NCBI GenBank assembly: GCA_965202585.1
Contig: OZ241832.1
Span: 33,976,001 to 34,040,000, forward strand
Direction: 5' to 3'
DNA from: Thalia democratica
Taxonomy: Eukaryota
DNA length: 64,000 bases
The notes under the pieces are model-generated. The model was not told the DNA's origin and did not search any database. It saw only the letters and a program-made list of their open reading frames with translations. Position numbers and translations under genes: made by a program. This document shows positions 14,101 to 26,100 of this stretch, in pieces. The first letter of the stretch is position 1. The number at the start of each line of letters is the position of its first letter.

Positions 14101-17100
14101 TTATTCATTTCTTAAATTGCGTGCAGCAGTGTTTCCAAGTGTACTTATTTTAAATTTAAGTATACAAACATTAGTTCTTGCAAATAGTTGCAATGCCAAA
14201 AAATTAAAAGCTGTTTCAGTTGTACAACATTTTAAAATACATCGGTTTTACTAAACTGTACATTTACATTTTTTTGTTAAACTTTATTATAGTACCAACC
14301 CATTAATTACCTTATAATAACTATTACGGCATCTAGAAGGTTAAAAATGTTGAAACTGTATTCGAAAATTCCGTAAGCCACTATTTTTGTCAGCATTTCC
14401 AAAACAAATATTGTCGTGAATACGATGTTACTGTGCTCCAAAATCGTCGTTAAATATTCTGGCTGAAAAAAATATCAGTAAACTTAAAACACTTCTGAAA
14501 CTAGAGACAAACTTAAAATTTATCGATTTATTATAGTATTTTTTTATTATAATGCTGATATAGATAGTATATCAATGTGACTCGGGGACTCGTAGTATAT
14601 ATTTATCTATTTATGTAGAAGATTTTACAATAAAAGTCTTATTTACAAAAAGTTGTTGTTTTATTCAATATTTCAATTAAAACCATACTTCTTAGTCAGT
14701 AAATTTAGGATAAATTGTTGTAACTTTGGATTTAATTTATTTCTCTTAACACCATCTTAACTTTAAACAATTTTACTTGAAATATGTTTAAAAAAAATGA
14801 AGCAAAGTTAGTTAAAACTCTCATAATTTTTAAAGACTTCTAAATAATTACTAAAAATTAATATAAATATCACCTGGTTGTGAAATTCGATACCCATGCT
14901 CATCGTGTTTATCGTTATGGCAACCATGATGAACCTGTTGAAGTAGGAACTGTCCACCGTGTGCCTGCCCCGCCCCTTCAACCACTTCCACGTTTCTTTC
15001 ACCCTGCTTGTTTTTTCCTGCGAGGTTTAATGCGTTTAAAAAAATAATTCTTTCTTCATTATCACAACTAACACGAATTTTCAAACTAGCCAACGATTTA
15101 CTAAACAAAAAAGTTTTGAGCTATTTTGTAGTATTGCTTATCGACTTTAAAAAAAAAGTACAAAAAAAACGCTTAAAGAAAATAAGTTTAAACCTATATA
15201 TATATATTATTTTATTCGCAGCTCGAATACGAATTAAATTCACGGGCGGTTCGGTTCAAAGGGAAAGCGGAAGATTACAAATCAAACGTTTTCACAAAAA
15301 GAGCGAAAGAAGTCTTGGCAGGGGCAACGGCGCACAGCGTGAAGTTTATTGAGAGTTTTATTGCAATTTGAAATTTTCTTGGCGCGCAATCGTCGGTGCG
15401 CGTATGAAGCAACGTAAATTTAGATCTGATTCAAAACAGTGGCAAAATTAAACGCCATCCCGCGTAGAAAATTTTGTTTAATTCTATTTTTGGTTTTAAT
15501 AGCGGAAGTTTAGTACGTTATTAGAGTTTATTTTTGTTGTTTTTCATAAGTGTTACAAAGTAGTTAAAATATCTAATGTTGTACTTTTATGTACTTGGAA
15601 TTGCTAATTTCTTAGAAAATCACAAAAATTAAGAATGCGTCGAGTGAATTTTTTTACACTACTTGTTTGTCAATGCTAATAAAATTCAAGTTTGTTTAGT
15701 TAGACAGCTTTAGCATAATTTAGGTTTTTATAAATTACAAAAAATAATTTTAACCTTAAAAAAAGCATGGATGGAAGACCTCCTTCTTGAAAGGGTTCCT
15801 TTTTTATCTTCGTGAGCTTCGTTCTTGACTGCGAGCGCTGAAAAATTATCGTTGCTCGCCACATTTGAGTCGAGAATTTCCTGCAGCGTTTTGGGGCGTT
15901 GCGTGGGCGACATGACGTAATTGCATGGCAACGTGGGCGTTTCTATGTGAGCGACGAACCCCTGGTCCACCGGACGAGTGGTGTCCCCTCCTTTTGTTGA
16001 CACTTAAAGATTTATTTGAGACTATAATTGTTTAACAAACAATGTTTCATTATAATGTAAAAAATGTGATTATCATAAACGTCATAACTACTTTAAACAG
16101 TTAATGTAACTAAAACTTTGCGTAAAAAAAAATGAAAACCTGTAAACTTTAATGTTAGTTAATAAAATAAATTCATTTATTTTACTTGTTTTTACGTACT
16201 TTTACGAGTTACCTTGCTACAAGGCATTCCGTTTAAAAGTAAACTTTCTGAATGTTAACTTTAAACCCTCAATCTTTAAATGCTTGTTGTTTAAATTAAT
16301 CTTCCACAAATCTGCTTTATCATGAAACGCAAAACTTTGCTCGCTAGCTGTGCGTAAATGCCATTCTTTTTATAGGTGAAATTCGTGAACATAACATCAA
16401 CACGACATTATAACGCGTCAATAAACTCTAAAGCTGTAAATAACACCGCCTTACCGATGCTTTGTGACGTGACTTGGCGTTCGGAAACCAACAAGTTGTT
16501 TTCGCGATTACGAAAGGTTTACAATGAAATTAGAAATAAAATTTCTCAGCAGGATAAATTAGTTATTTTCAGTCTTTTAGCATACGTGACAAAAGTTTTT
16601 ATTAGTATCTACCATAAGCTTTGGATTAAGCTTTAAATAAGAAATGTTTTAAATGAGTTTTCCTTAAGCTTATGTAGAATTTTTCATCCAATAAAATGCT
16701 GAGTATTTAAAATGTTCCTCAAGTTTAAACTTAAAACCATACTCTAATAGTTTAATGTACCAAAAAAATTAAATTTTTAAAACCGAAAATTAACAGGTAT
16801 GTATTCACTTTTCGTCTGTGCCCAGTTTCATAGGTTAAGTTATAAACAACCTATAAATCTATTTGTTATTACAGTAACCTAATAAAAAAAAAAATTCAAA
16901 TTGTAACTACCTAGTACTTATCAATAACTAATTTGCGTCTATTCAGCTAGCAAACATAAAAAGCATTTCTTCTAACTATAACAAATACCAACGTTCCCTT
17001 GAAACTTGACGCGTTGTTATGGTTGCGAACCCTGGCACCTGGTAACGGCAGGGATGAAAGTGGACGCCGCCACAAGAGGTCAGAACAATATCCGAGTAGG

Positions 17101-20100
17101 AGTCGCTCGACCTCCTCACGTCGTCTCGCTCCACTGAACACAAGGATGAACGAGCCGACAAGGGTGTGGGCAACGAAAGCCTGGATAATTTGTTATTATT
17201 AATAGCTTTTTTTATGATAACTTTTAGTTGTTGAAGTTTGAAAGAATTTTTTTTTCTGTTTATTAGAAACTAAATATTTCTTTTTAATTTTCTAACTTTA
17301 TTTTCTTTTTGACGTCAGAAACGTCAATTTCCTGTTCGCTGCCGTCAGTGATCTGTAAAATCGGAACAACATTTTTGGCGAGTTCGTCGTCGTGGAGATC
17401 TATTTCCACGCCCACCTTCAGCAGCTTGTCCCCGGCCTCGCTGCCCGGCGTCGCCACCTCGCCGTTGCTGACGTCACCGCTCCCCATGGTGACGTCATAA
17501 TCGCCGCCGAAGTGGTAGTGGTGGTGATGGTGGTGAAAGTGATGGTGAAGATGAATCCCGACACCGGGGTTCCCCCTTTTGCCCACCCCGTCGTCACCGT
17601 GGCAACAGCACCGAAGGAGAAAAGCGAAAATGCCGCAGCTTCGGTCGCCGTCGTCGCGCACCACCCGGCGACGGTAGTAGTGGTGGGAGGAAGTAGCGCG
17701 CTGATTGGCCAACGGAGCTTCCGTGGTTTTGGCGGGAACTTTGAAATATTCCTCTTCTTTCCGTTCCGCTTGGTCGGCTTTGGCGGTTTTTCGGTTGGTC
17801 TTCCACCTTTTGTACTTTCTGAAATTAGTGTTTAGTTTTGAAATAAGTTAACTTGGTGTTTATAAACTTAAACAACGATGGACAAACATTTAAGTTTTTA
17901 TAATGTTTTACATAAATTAAATAATTACTGTACCTATATTGAACAAGCCATAACTCAAAAACTTTAAGCCTTGAAATCTAATCTAAATCGACTGTTATAA
18001 GTTAAACTTAAATCAATCTGTTAGTTTCGTGAGTCTGTGTTAACACAAAACAAAAACTTTCAAACATCCGAACTCAAACCTGATCCATCTTCTCTTGGTC
18101 TTCCTGAAAACGTGCGAGAAGTACTTCAGCGTCTCCTCGTAGCAGTTGCCGGGTGGCGAGAAGCTGGCCAGGGTGGAGTCGTTGGACTTGAACCTCAGCC
18201 TCTGGTCCTCCATCAGCCGCTCCTCCCGCTGCTTCGTTTCCGAGAACTGGGTGGCGATCACCACCAGGCACAGGTTGATCATGAAGAACGAACCGATCTG
18301 AAAATTTAAGTTTGAACTTTTTATTGTTAGCTGTAATAACGAAATGTTGACAGTTTGATTACGACTCGAAGCAACATGCCAAAGCTTGTTAACTAAAGAA
18401 CTTGCAATGAATATTTTTCTTCGTTTTTTTTTTTAGTTTTTGAACTTGTTTAGAAAACTGATTGAATTTCGGTCAAGTTAAAACAAATAAATAAAAAACT
18501 ATCAATTTAAACAGTAAATCCTCTTTATACTTTTAATCTAAAAACGTAATTATTAAAATTGCGGTTATTCATAAACTTAATGTTAAGCTCGTTGTTAAAA
18601 AATCAAGTTAAACTAACTACAATGAGTAGGATAAAATAAAGAAAGCAGTAGAAAGAAAATCCGTCCATCAATAAGTACATGATTTCAACCCACCCTTCCA
18701 AGCTAATTACCTGCAACGAAATATTCATTGGTGCTTTGCTGTTTCTAAGAACTTTTAAGTGATTACTTTATTTAATTCATCTTTTAAAATAAATTATTAC
18801 AAACGTTATCGGTAATATTTTTAGTAATAAACAAGAAAGTTATAAGTGTAATTTTATAAGCGATAACAATTTTACGGAGTTCATTAGCATTTTATTTTAA
18901 TGTTTTATGTTTCGCTAGTATGCATAATCACGTCTATGTTATATGTAAATCGTTCAAAAAATATTTTTCGCACACACTGTTGTTGGAAAATTTTCAGTTT
19001 TGTTTTTTTAAAGCTTTGTTTTTTTAAAGTTTTGTTTAACTGTTTCAGAGCAAGGTTTTTAACTTTGTATAATATAAGTTTTAAACACAAAGACAAAAAA
19101 ATAAGAGTTACTTTAAACTTGAAAACAGTATTACATTCTTGAACTCTAAACGTAAATAATAAGCGTTATTTTATGCACAACTTAACAAACAATGATCACT
19201 AATGCTATTTTGAATAGAAAACTTCATTACTTAGTCATAGATTATTAAATCTTATTCTTTGACTTAACATTTTTGCTTACTCTCAAAAACAAATTAAACC
19301 AGTTAGTAAAGTTAAAAAAATCAAAATTTTGTTTAAATAAACAACTTATATATTTTGCACAAACAAATTGTACCTGAAAAATGGCCACCCAAGCATACAT
19401 GATGTTGTCAAAGTTTATTGATTTCTGAAAAGGGTTTTCCCCCGATGCTGTGCAGTTGTTGTAATATTGATACCAATCAATACAACCGAGTGAGCCTGCA
19501 AATTAAAACTTGAGTTACTCTTTTTTTATAAGTGCAACGACTTTAAAAAATAGTTTTTGTAAACATTTTGAAAACATCAATCTCGCTAAAAGTAAGCAAA
19601 TATGTCTGTAAAGGATACAAAATACCTAAAACCTCATAATCAGACTTGTTGTAATCACAACTTAAAATTTTAAAACTACAAAAAAAAGTAAAAAAGCTTT
19701 CAGTGAAATTAACTTAACAATCATATTAAACAAACAAAGTGGAGATATTGAACAAGTACCAGAACTGTTCGACGTGGAATTGCTGATCACGTGATACATC
19801 TTGTTCATCGGGTCGCCAGGCTCGAAGTACGCGCGGTCCAATGCGCACGTGACGTTTTCAACTTTCTGCCTGAGCAGTATGGTCCTGTCCGCGCACATAA
19901 AGTCCCCGTTTCCCTCGGAAAGCGAGCAGACCGACGCCCCGCCCCCCGGGACGGCGTCCAACACGTGGTCCAGGGTCACGTTGCTTCATAAATAGTTACA
20001 AAATAAATATTTGAAAATTTATTTGTGTAAACTTAAATTTCACTAAAAAACGTTCTAGAATATTTGTTTTTTGTGTTTAATTTTGCTTGTACATATTTTT

Positions 20101-23100
20101 TTTTAGTTTTTAAAAATTAAAGGTTGTTCAAAAAGACTGATTAACTTTATTCACAATTTGTTTTTTTACACTTCATAAATTATTGTATAAATGTGTAATA
20201 TTGCAAATTGTTTAAATTAAATTACTAAAACAATTTACACTCTTAACTGTTTTAAATTATGCTCTAAGCAATAAACATTTGTTTTTATTTTGTAATAGAA
20301 TAAATTATGTCCTAAATAATTTTAGTTTAGATATACTTCACGTTTTTTAATTAATATAATAAAATGCGGTTCAAAATGACTCTTCATACATTTTAAACGC
20401 TATCCTGTTAAATATTTTACTGTTATTTGTTTTTTAATAAAAGCTAAGTTTTAAAAGATAGTTATTATTTGTTCAGATATAGTTGTAAAGCGCACTTCTT
20501 TTTTGAGCTTGTTTCTTAAAAAAAGTGTTATTTAAGAAACATTGTTATCTCTGATTATACGGTGATATGTATCATGTTATCATCTAATAGGGTTTACAAG
20601 AAAATTCTTAGCGACCTTGCTTTACTTAACTTCTAATTTTACAATTTTTTTAAAGAAACTTACTACTTTTTTTTCGGAGTTAGTTCTTAGATTTTGCTTA
20701 AGTTGTGTAAACTTTTAAAAAAATCGAAATAAACTAAATTTTTTATTTCAAATGCTGTTTTGAATGGTAGAGAAAAATTTTTGAACTAACTATTTTGTTG
20801 AAATTTTAGAATAAAATCATATGAATAACGTAAAATCATTTAGCCTAAATAACCTAAAAATTCTAGTAAATGATTATAAATTAATAGAAGATTTATTTTT
20901 AAAACGTTAATTATATTTATCATAACAAATTAGTTACTAATTTTTTTTTTAGTCTGGTTAACAAATTTTTTTATCGCATCAACTTTAAGTTGCATACTTA
21001 GTTCGGATTCGCTCTAAAGTTCTAAGTAGAAATAAGGATTACCTGGCTATTAAAAAAGTACACATTTTTCAAAAATTTGTTAAAAAAAAACTAGTTATTG
21101 ATCATATAAAATAAATTAAACAGTAAGACAGTTTAAAAAACTTGATAATTTATCTAAAAAATAGATCATACTTTTTGGTGCTTAACGTATTTTTTTTATA
21201 AATTAAACCTTATGCTCAAGAAATTACACGGTAAAACACCAAACACGCACGCGAAAACGACTTGAACAACTCCAAACAGAGCACTTAAAAAATAACAAAC
21301 TAAAAGCTCTTCTTTTTGCAAGACGAAACAAGTGCATTAAAGTGACACGCTGAAGTCACTGGTGTTTCTAGCTTGACACACAACAGATATCTCAAGTGGC
21401 TGCCAGATAAAAACTTGTTCATTGATTTGCAAGCTATTTATTAGCAAGCGAGGTGCCACCACAACCCTTCTTATCGATCTCAGCCGCATGTCATTTGAAT
21501 TCGCTGGTCCCCGCCTCCAAAAGTCAAACTCGAAGATGTTTTTAGCTTGTTGATATTAGTTCTTTAATTTTCGGCGCAGTTAAGAAAATTTGGGTTTTTT
21601 AACAGTTGGGTATTTTATGCATTAGTCTATATGAATCATACAAGTCTTTTTTTAATTATTCTTTTATTTTTTTCATTAGAAAATAAGCCTGGGTTTTTTT
21701 AAAATCAATTTTGCTTCAGTTATGGTAAGTATACTTGTAAACTAACAGTTTACAGAAACTTCAGTCTGTAACAGTTATTTTCATGTAAAACTTGTTTAAT
21801 TTTCAATCAAATCGCGACGTTCTAAGGTCATTCTTCGAGGCAAATTGCTATTGCATATCAAGTTATGTTCGCTGAATTTGTGTGTAAACTAAAATAAGCT
21901 GCGTAAATGAGTTGACGCGTTTACACTGCAGGTTTGCTTCAATTATTAATTTCAAGGTTTTCTTTTCCCAAATTTTAATCTTCGCTTTGACAGTTATGTA
22001 AATAAACAATGGTGAATTGAAGAGTGTTTTGAACGACAACATTGCAACGTTTTCCAAATGTAAATTTAATGCCATTTGAACAAGCATTATAAACGCAAAG
22101 GTTAAGCTAAAAACATCTTCAAAAACGGAGACCAATAAAAATAAGTTTACTAAGTACCTAAATTGTTGTAATTAATAAAAAACAATAAAGTTACACTTTT
22201 ATAATTTGTACGCTAATGTACAAACTTATCCTTTATGTGGATGTAGTGAATGAATCACTTTGTTTACCAAATTAAGCTCTGCTACTCAAAACGTAAAGCA
22301 TCTTTGTCAGTAGTTTACAAACTTAGTTTAAAATTTATAAGAACGTTTCACCTGAAGTTGGACGCCCAGTTCTGCATGTCCCAGGTCAGCGTGCACCTCT
22401 GCCGCAGCACGGATTCCCACAGCTGCACTGCCAGGATTCCAAAAACAAAAAATACGAAGGAGCAGAGCATCAGCACGTTGCCAAGCATCGGCAGCGTGTC
22501 CATCAGCAGCATCACCAGGATCCTCAAGCCTGGAAATTTCAAAAATAAGTAAATCATGTAGTTTACCTCGAGTTTGCACAAAAAGTTTAAGTTGATCAAA
22601 TGCAAAGTAGACCTTTATATTCATGTATTTTTCTTTAAACAAACTGCTCTTTCATCTCTTTTAATCTCGTCAATTTGCTTATTTACTTTGTTTTTGAACC
22701 AGGTATGATCTCAAAATAAACCGGTAAAACTCTTTTTTTTTTTTTTACTGTATTTCTTTACATATTTTTAGAATACAATTTTTTTATTTGTTTTAGTTTA
22801 AAATTTATTAAACAAGCTCACTTTTATATTAAGTTATTATCTAAAACTAGTATTTATTCAAGCAAAAGTAAATTACAAACTTGGAATACGGTTAATTGCC
22901 CTCAGCGGCCTGAGAACTCGGACTGTACGGAGCGCTGAAAGGTTCACATAAGAGTTTGCAGGAAGGACGTTTTCCAGTAACCTGAAATCATTTTACAGAA
23001 CTCAGAAGAAATATCAAAAGTTTTCAATGCTGTTAAACAATTTTGTTATATTTATCAAAGCTTATTAATCAAATATTAAGTATGTGAAAAGTATTATTTA

Positions 23101-26100
23101 TTAAGTTTTGTTTATAAATATTATCATCGTCAATAATTCTTTTGCAAACAGCAAATTATTTGTGATATCAAAAGTGATTAAGCAATTTACTACTCATTAA
23201 AATAAAAAAGTTATAAGTGAAGAAAGGAAAAGAAAAGTTCAACAAGCTTTAAAACTTTTTTATGAAGTAAGTTAGTATATCAAAAGAGAAAAAATAAATT
23301 GTTTTTAAGATACTTTTTAGTTGTCGTGAGCTTTTAACAAGCTTTATTATTAAAGTTGCTAATATAATTTTGTTAGCAAAAAACAAACACGAAAGTTTAT
23401 GTTTTAGAAATTTTTCAAAAGTTTTGTTTAAATATATAACTGTTATAAGTTATTAATATTTAAAAAACTCAAACTACTCCATTGTCAAAGCGTTGGCAAC
23501 TTTTTGCTTTCGTGTGAATTATTGATACTATTAGCGGTAATGGTTTGGAAAAGCAATAAGTTAAGTTTGAAAGTAAACACTTTTGGTTATACAAATGCTA
23601 GAACGCATCTCTAAATAAAACGCTTTTCTACTTAATCGACTGTAAAGCGATAATATTCAAATTTATTCTAAATCCTCGGGTCAAATTTCTCATTTTATAA
23701 CTATTCTATTATAAAGCTGCATACCTATTGTATAATAAAAAAAAAGGTAAGAGATTGGTTTTGTCTGTATACAAAAGCTACAATGTGAAAAAAAACTGTA
23801 TTTCAAATTGTAACGATTTGTAAACAAATACCGATTTGTTTGTGTACAGTGCAGCTAGATAACGAAAAAAAATTCATTTCTAATATCCTTACAAAAAAAC
23901 ACAAAACGATCATGGCAAGAAAGTTGGTAGGTGTGGCAAACTTAATTAAAAATTATCTCTGCAGTAAATTAACAATTCAGTGTTTAAATTGCTCACATAG
24001 GAAACAAAGCGAAAGCGACACAAGTTCAAGTCTAAACGTCAACGTGACTACCTATTGACAAAAGCTGCAAGATTTATAAACTTTAAATGAGCGGTAATTG
24101 AAACATAAATCATCGTAATTAGAGTATCATCAACGTAGTTACACGCCCAGTTTGAGCTTTACGACAGCCAGTTTTGTTGATTGGCAATAGAAAGTAGTTT
24201 ATGGTGAAACGGTAAACTTTTAAATGTATTATCTAAAGTTAAAGATTTTATAATATGTACATATTTAAAGATTGAAAACTCTAGTTTCTAACTTATCAAG
24301 TTTTCAAAACTAAAGTATTAAAAAAGTTATTACAAGCAGTATTTTTTTATAGAAACATTAAACAGCTCTTTTTTATCATAAGTTCTAAGGTAAATAATGT
24401 TAGTTTTATATTTGAAATCAAACACCTTTTACACGCTTGAAGTTTTGATTTTACGTTTTTATAGTTGAACGTATGAGACACATGTAGTTTGTGAACTGAC
24501 TAATTAACAACAAGTTTAACATTAAATGCTAACCTACTAAACTAAAAAGTTTCAACGGATTAATTGAACTTAAACCGTTCAAAACAAAGTGACTTTTAAG
24601 CCTTTTTTCAAATGGTAATTAACTTAGTATATCATTAAAGATGAATATTTTCCCTATGTTTAGCTCTGTATAGGTTTTCGAACTGGCCTTAGTGTAAGGT
24701 TGATTGATAATGTTTTTCGTTTTTCTTACTTAAACTTCTATAGGAAACTAAGTAATTACCTTTTTAGAATTTTTAACAAGACTATTCGTTTTATTTTCAT
24801 TTAGCTTAATCTTTAAAATCAATATTGTTAAGAAGTTTACTTTCAGGTCTATGAACGGTATATCTAGTATTTTATGTGTTTCTATGATGTAGCGTAGTAC
24901 AAAGTATTATAAAAAACTATTTACTACAAAAAATATGAATTTTTTAAAGATCTTAGTTATTAAACCAAAGACAGTTTAAAAACTTTTTTATTTTATTTTG
25001 CGTAAAAGAAATGCAACATCTTTATTTAACTCTCTAAAATATTCGTGTGTTTATTCAGTTATTTTTTTGTTCTTGAGTAGTAATTTTACTTATTACACTG
25101 CCAAAACCTGACAGTTCTTTGTTAAACAACCGCCTAACACTTTGTGAAATATAAACTTTGAAACTTGTTTTTCCCATAAAAAACAAATAAAACTAGTCAG
25201 GCGAATTTTATAGTGTTTTTTTAAATCATTTATAGATTATGTTTTTTTTTTCAACTTAGAAACTAGTTCCAAACATATTTATTTACATACTTGAAATTTT
25301 TTTTAATTTTTATTGATCATAAACAAAACATTTTTTATATAGATTGTTTACAATTCAAGGATTTCGAAAAGGACTCATCAGCTATAAAAAAATGTAATTT
25401 TGAAAAAATAAATATTTTGTTTAGTTTTCTAAAAAACAAGTCTTACATATGTTATCTACTTATGTTTATTTAAGTGGTAAATCCTTTAAAATAATCGTGT
25501 GTTTATTTAGTTACTTTTTTGTTCTTGAGTAGTAATTTTACTTATTGCACTGCCAAAATCTGACAGTTCTTTTTTAAACAAGCGCCTATTATTTTTTGAA
25601 ATGTATTCTTTAAAAGTAGTTTTTTACATAAAACTTTTGCTTTAAGACAAAAAAAAGCATCGTAAAAATAGCTCAACAACACTTTCAAACCATAAATAAA
25701 ATATCTTTTTAAGTACTTTTTAATTAACGAATACAAACTGTTAAGCATTTCTAACCCCATGACTACGATGAAAAAGTCCAAGCAGTTCCAAGTGTCGCCA
25801 AGGTAACCGATCTTCCCCCAAATTCCCATCGCGCCCATTTTAATGATCATTTCGATTGTGAAGAAGGTCAACACCACGTGGTCGCAAATCTACTGATCAA
25901 AATTTTTGTAAAATAAGAAGTTTTATAAAATCAGGTACATTGATGTTAAAAAAAACTCTTTAAACTTTTTAGTTAGTAGAAAGCAAACAAGGGTTTTTAT
26001 TTTCAATAAAGCACTTTGATTTAAATTCTAGCGTAAAAGAATTTTTTAAGGTTACTGAATTAGTTTCATTTTAACTCTTTGTATAAAAATGAAGTGTGAT

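Noticed and set aside
16445-16992. Alternative donor TG|gtattt at 16988 and an 18-nt micro-exon near 16455-16472
   Set aside because: The phase-2 donor has no in-frame downstream acceptor; the micro-exon acceptor (gccaag) is weak and unsupported
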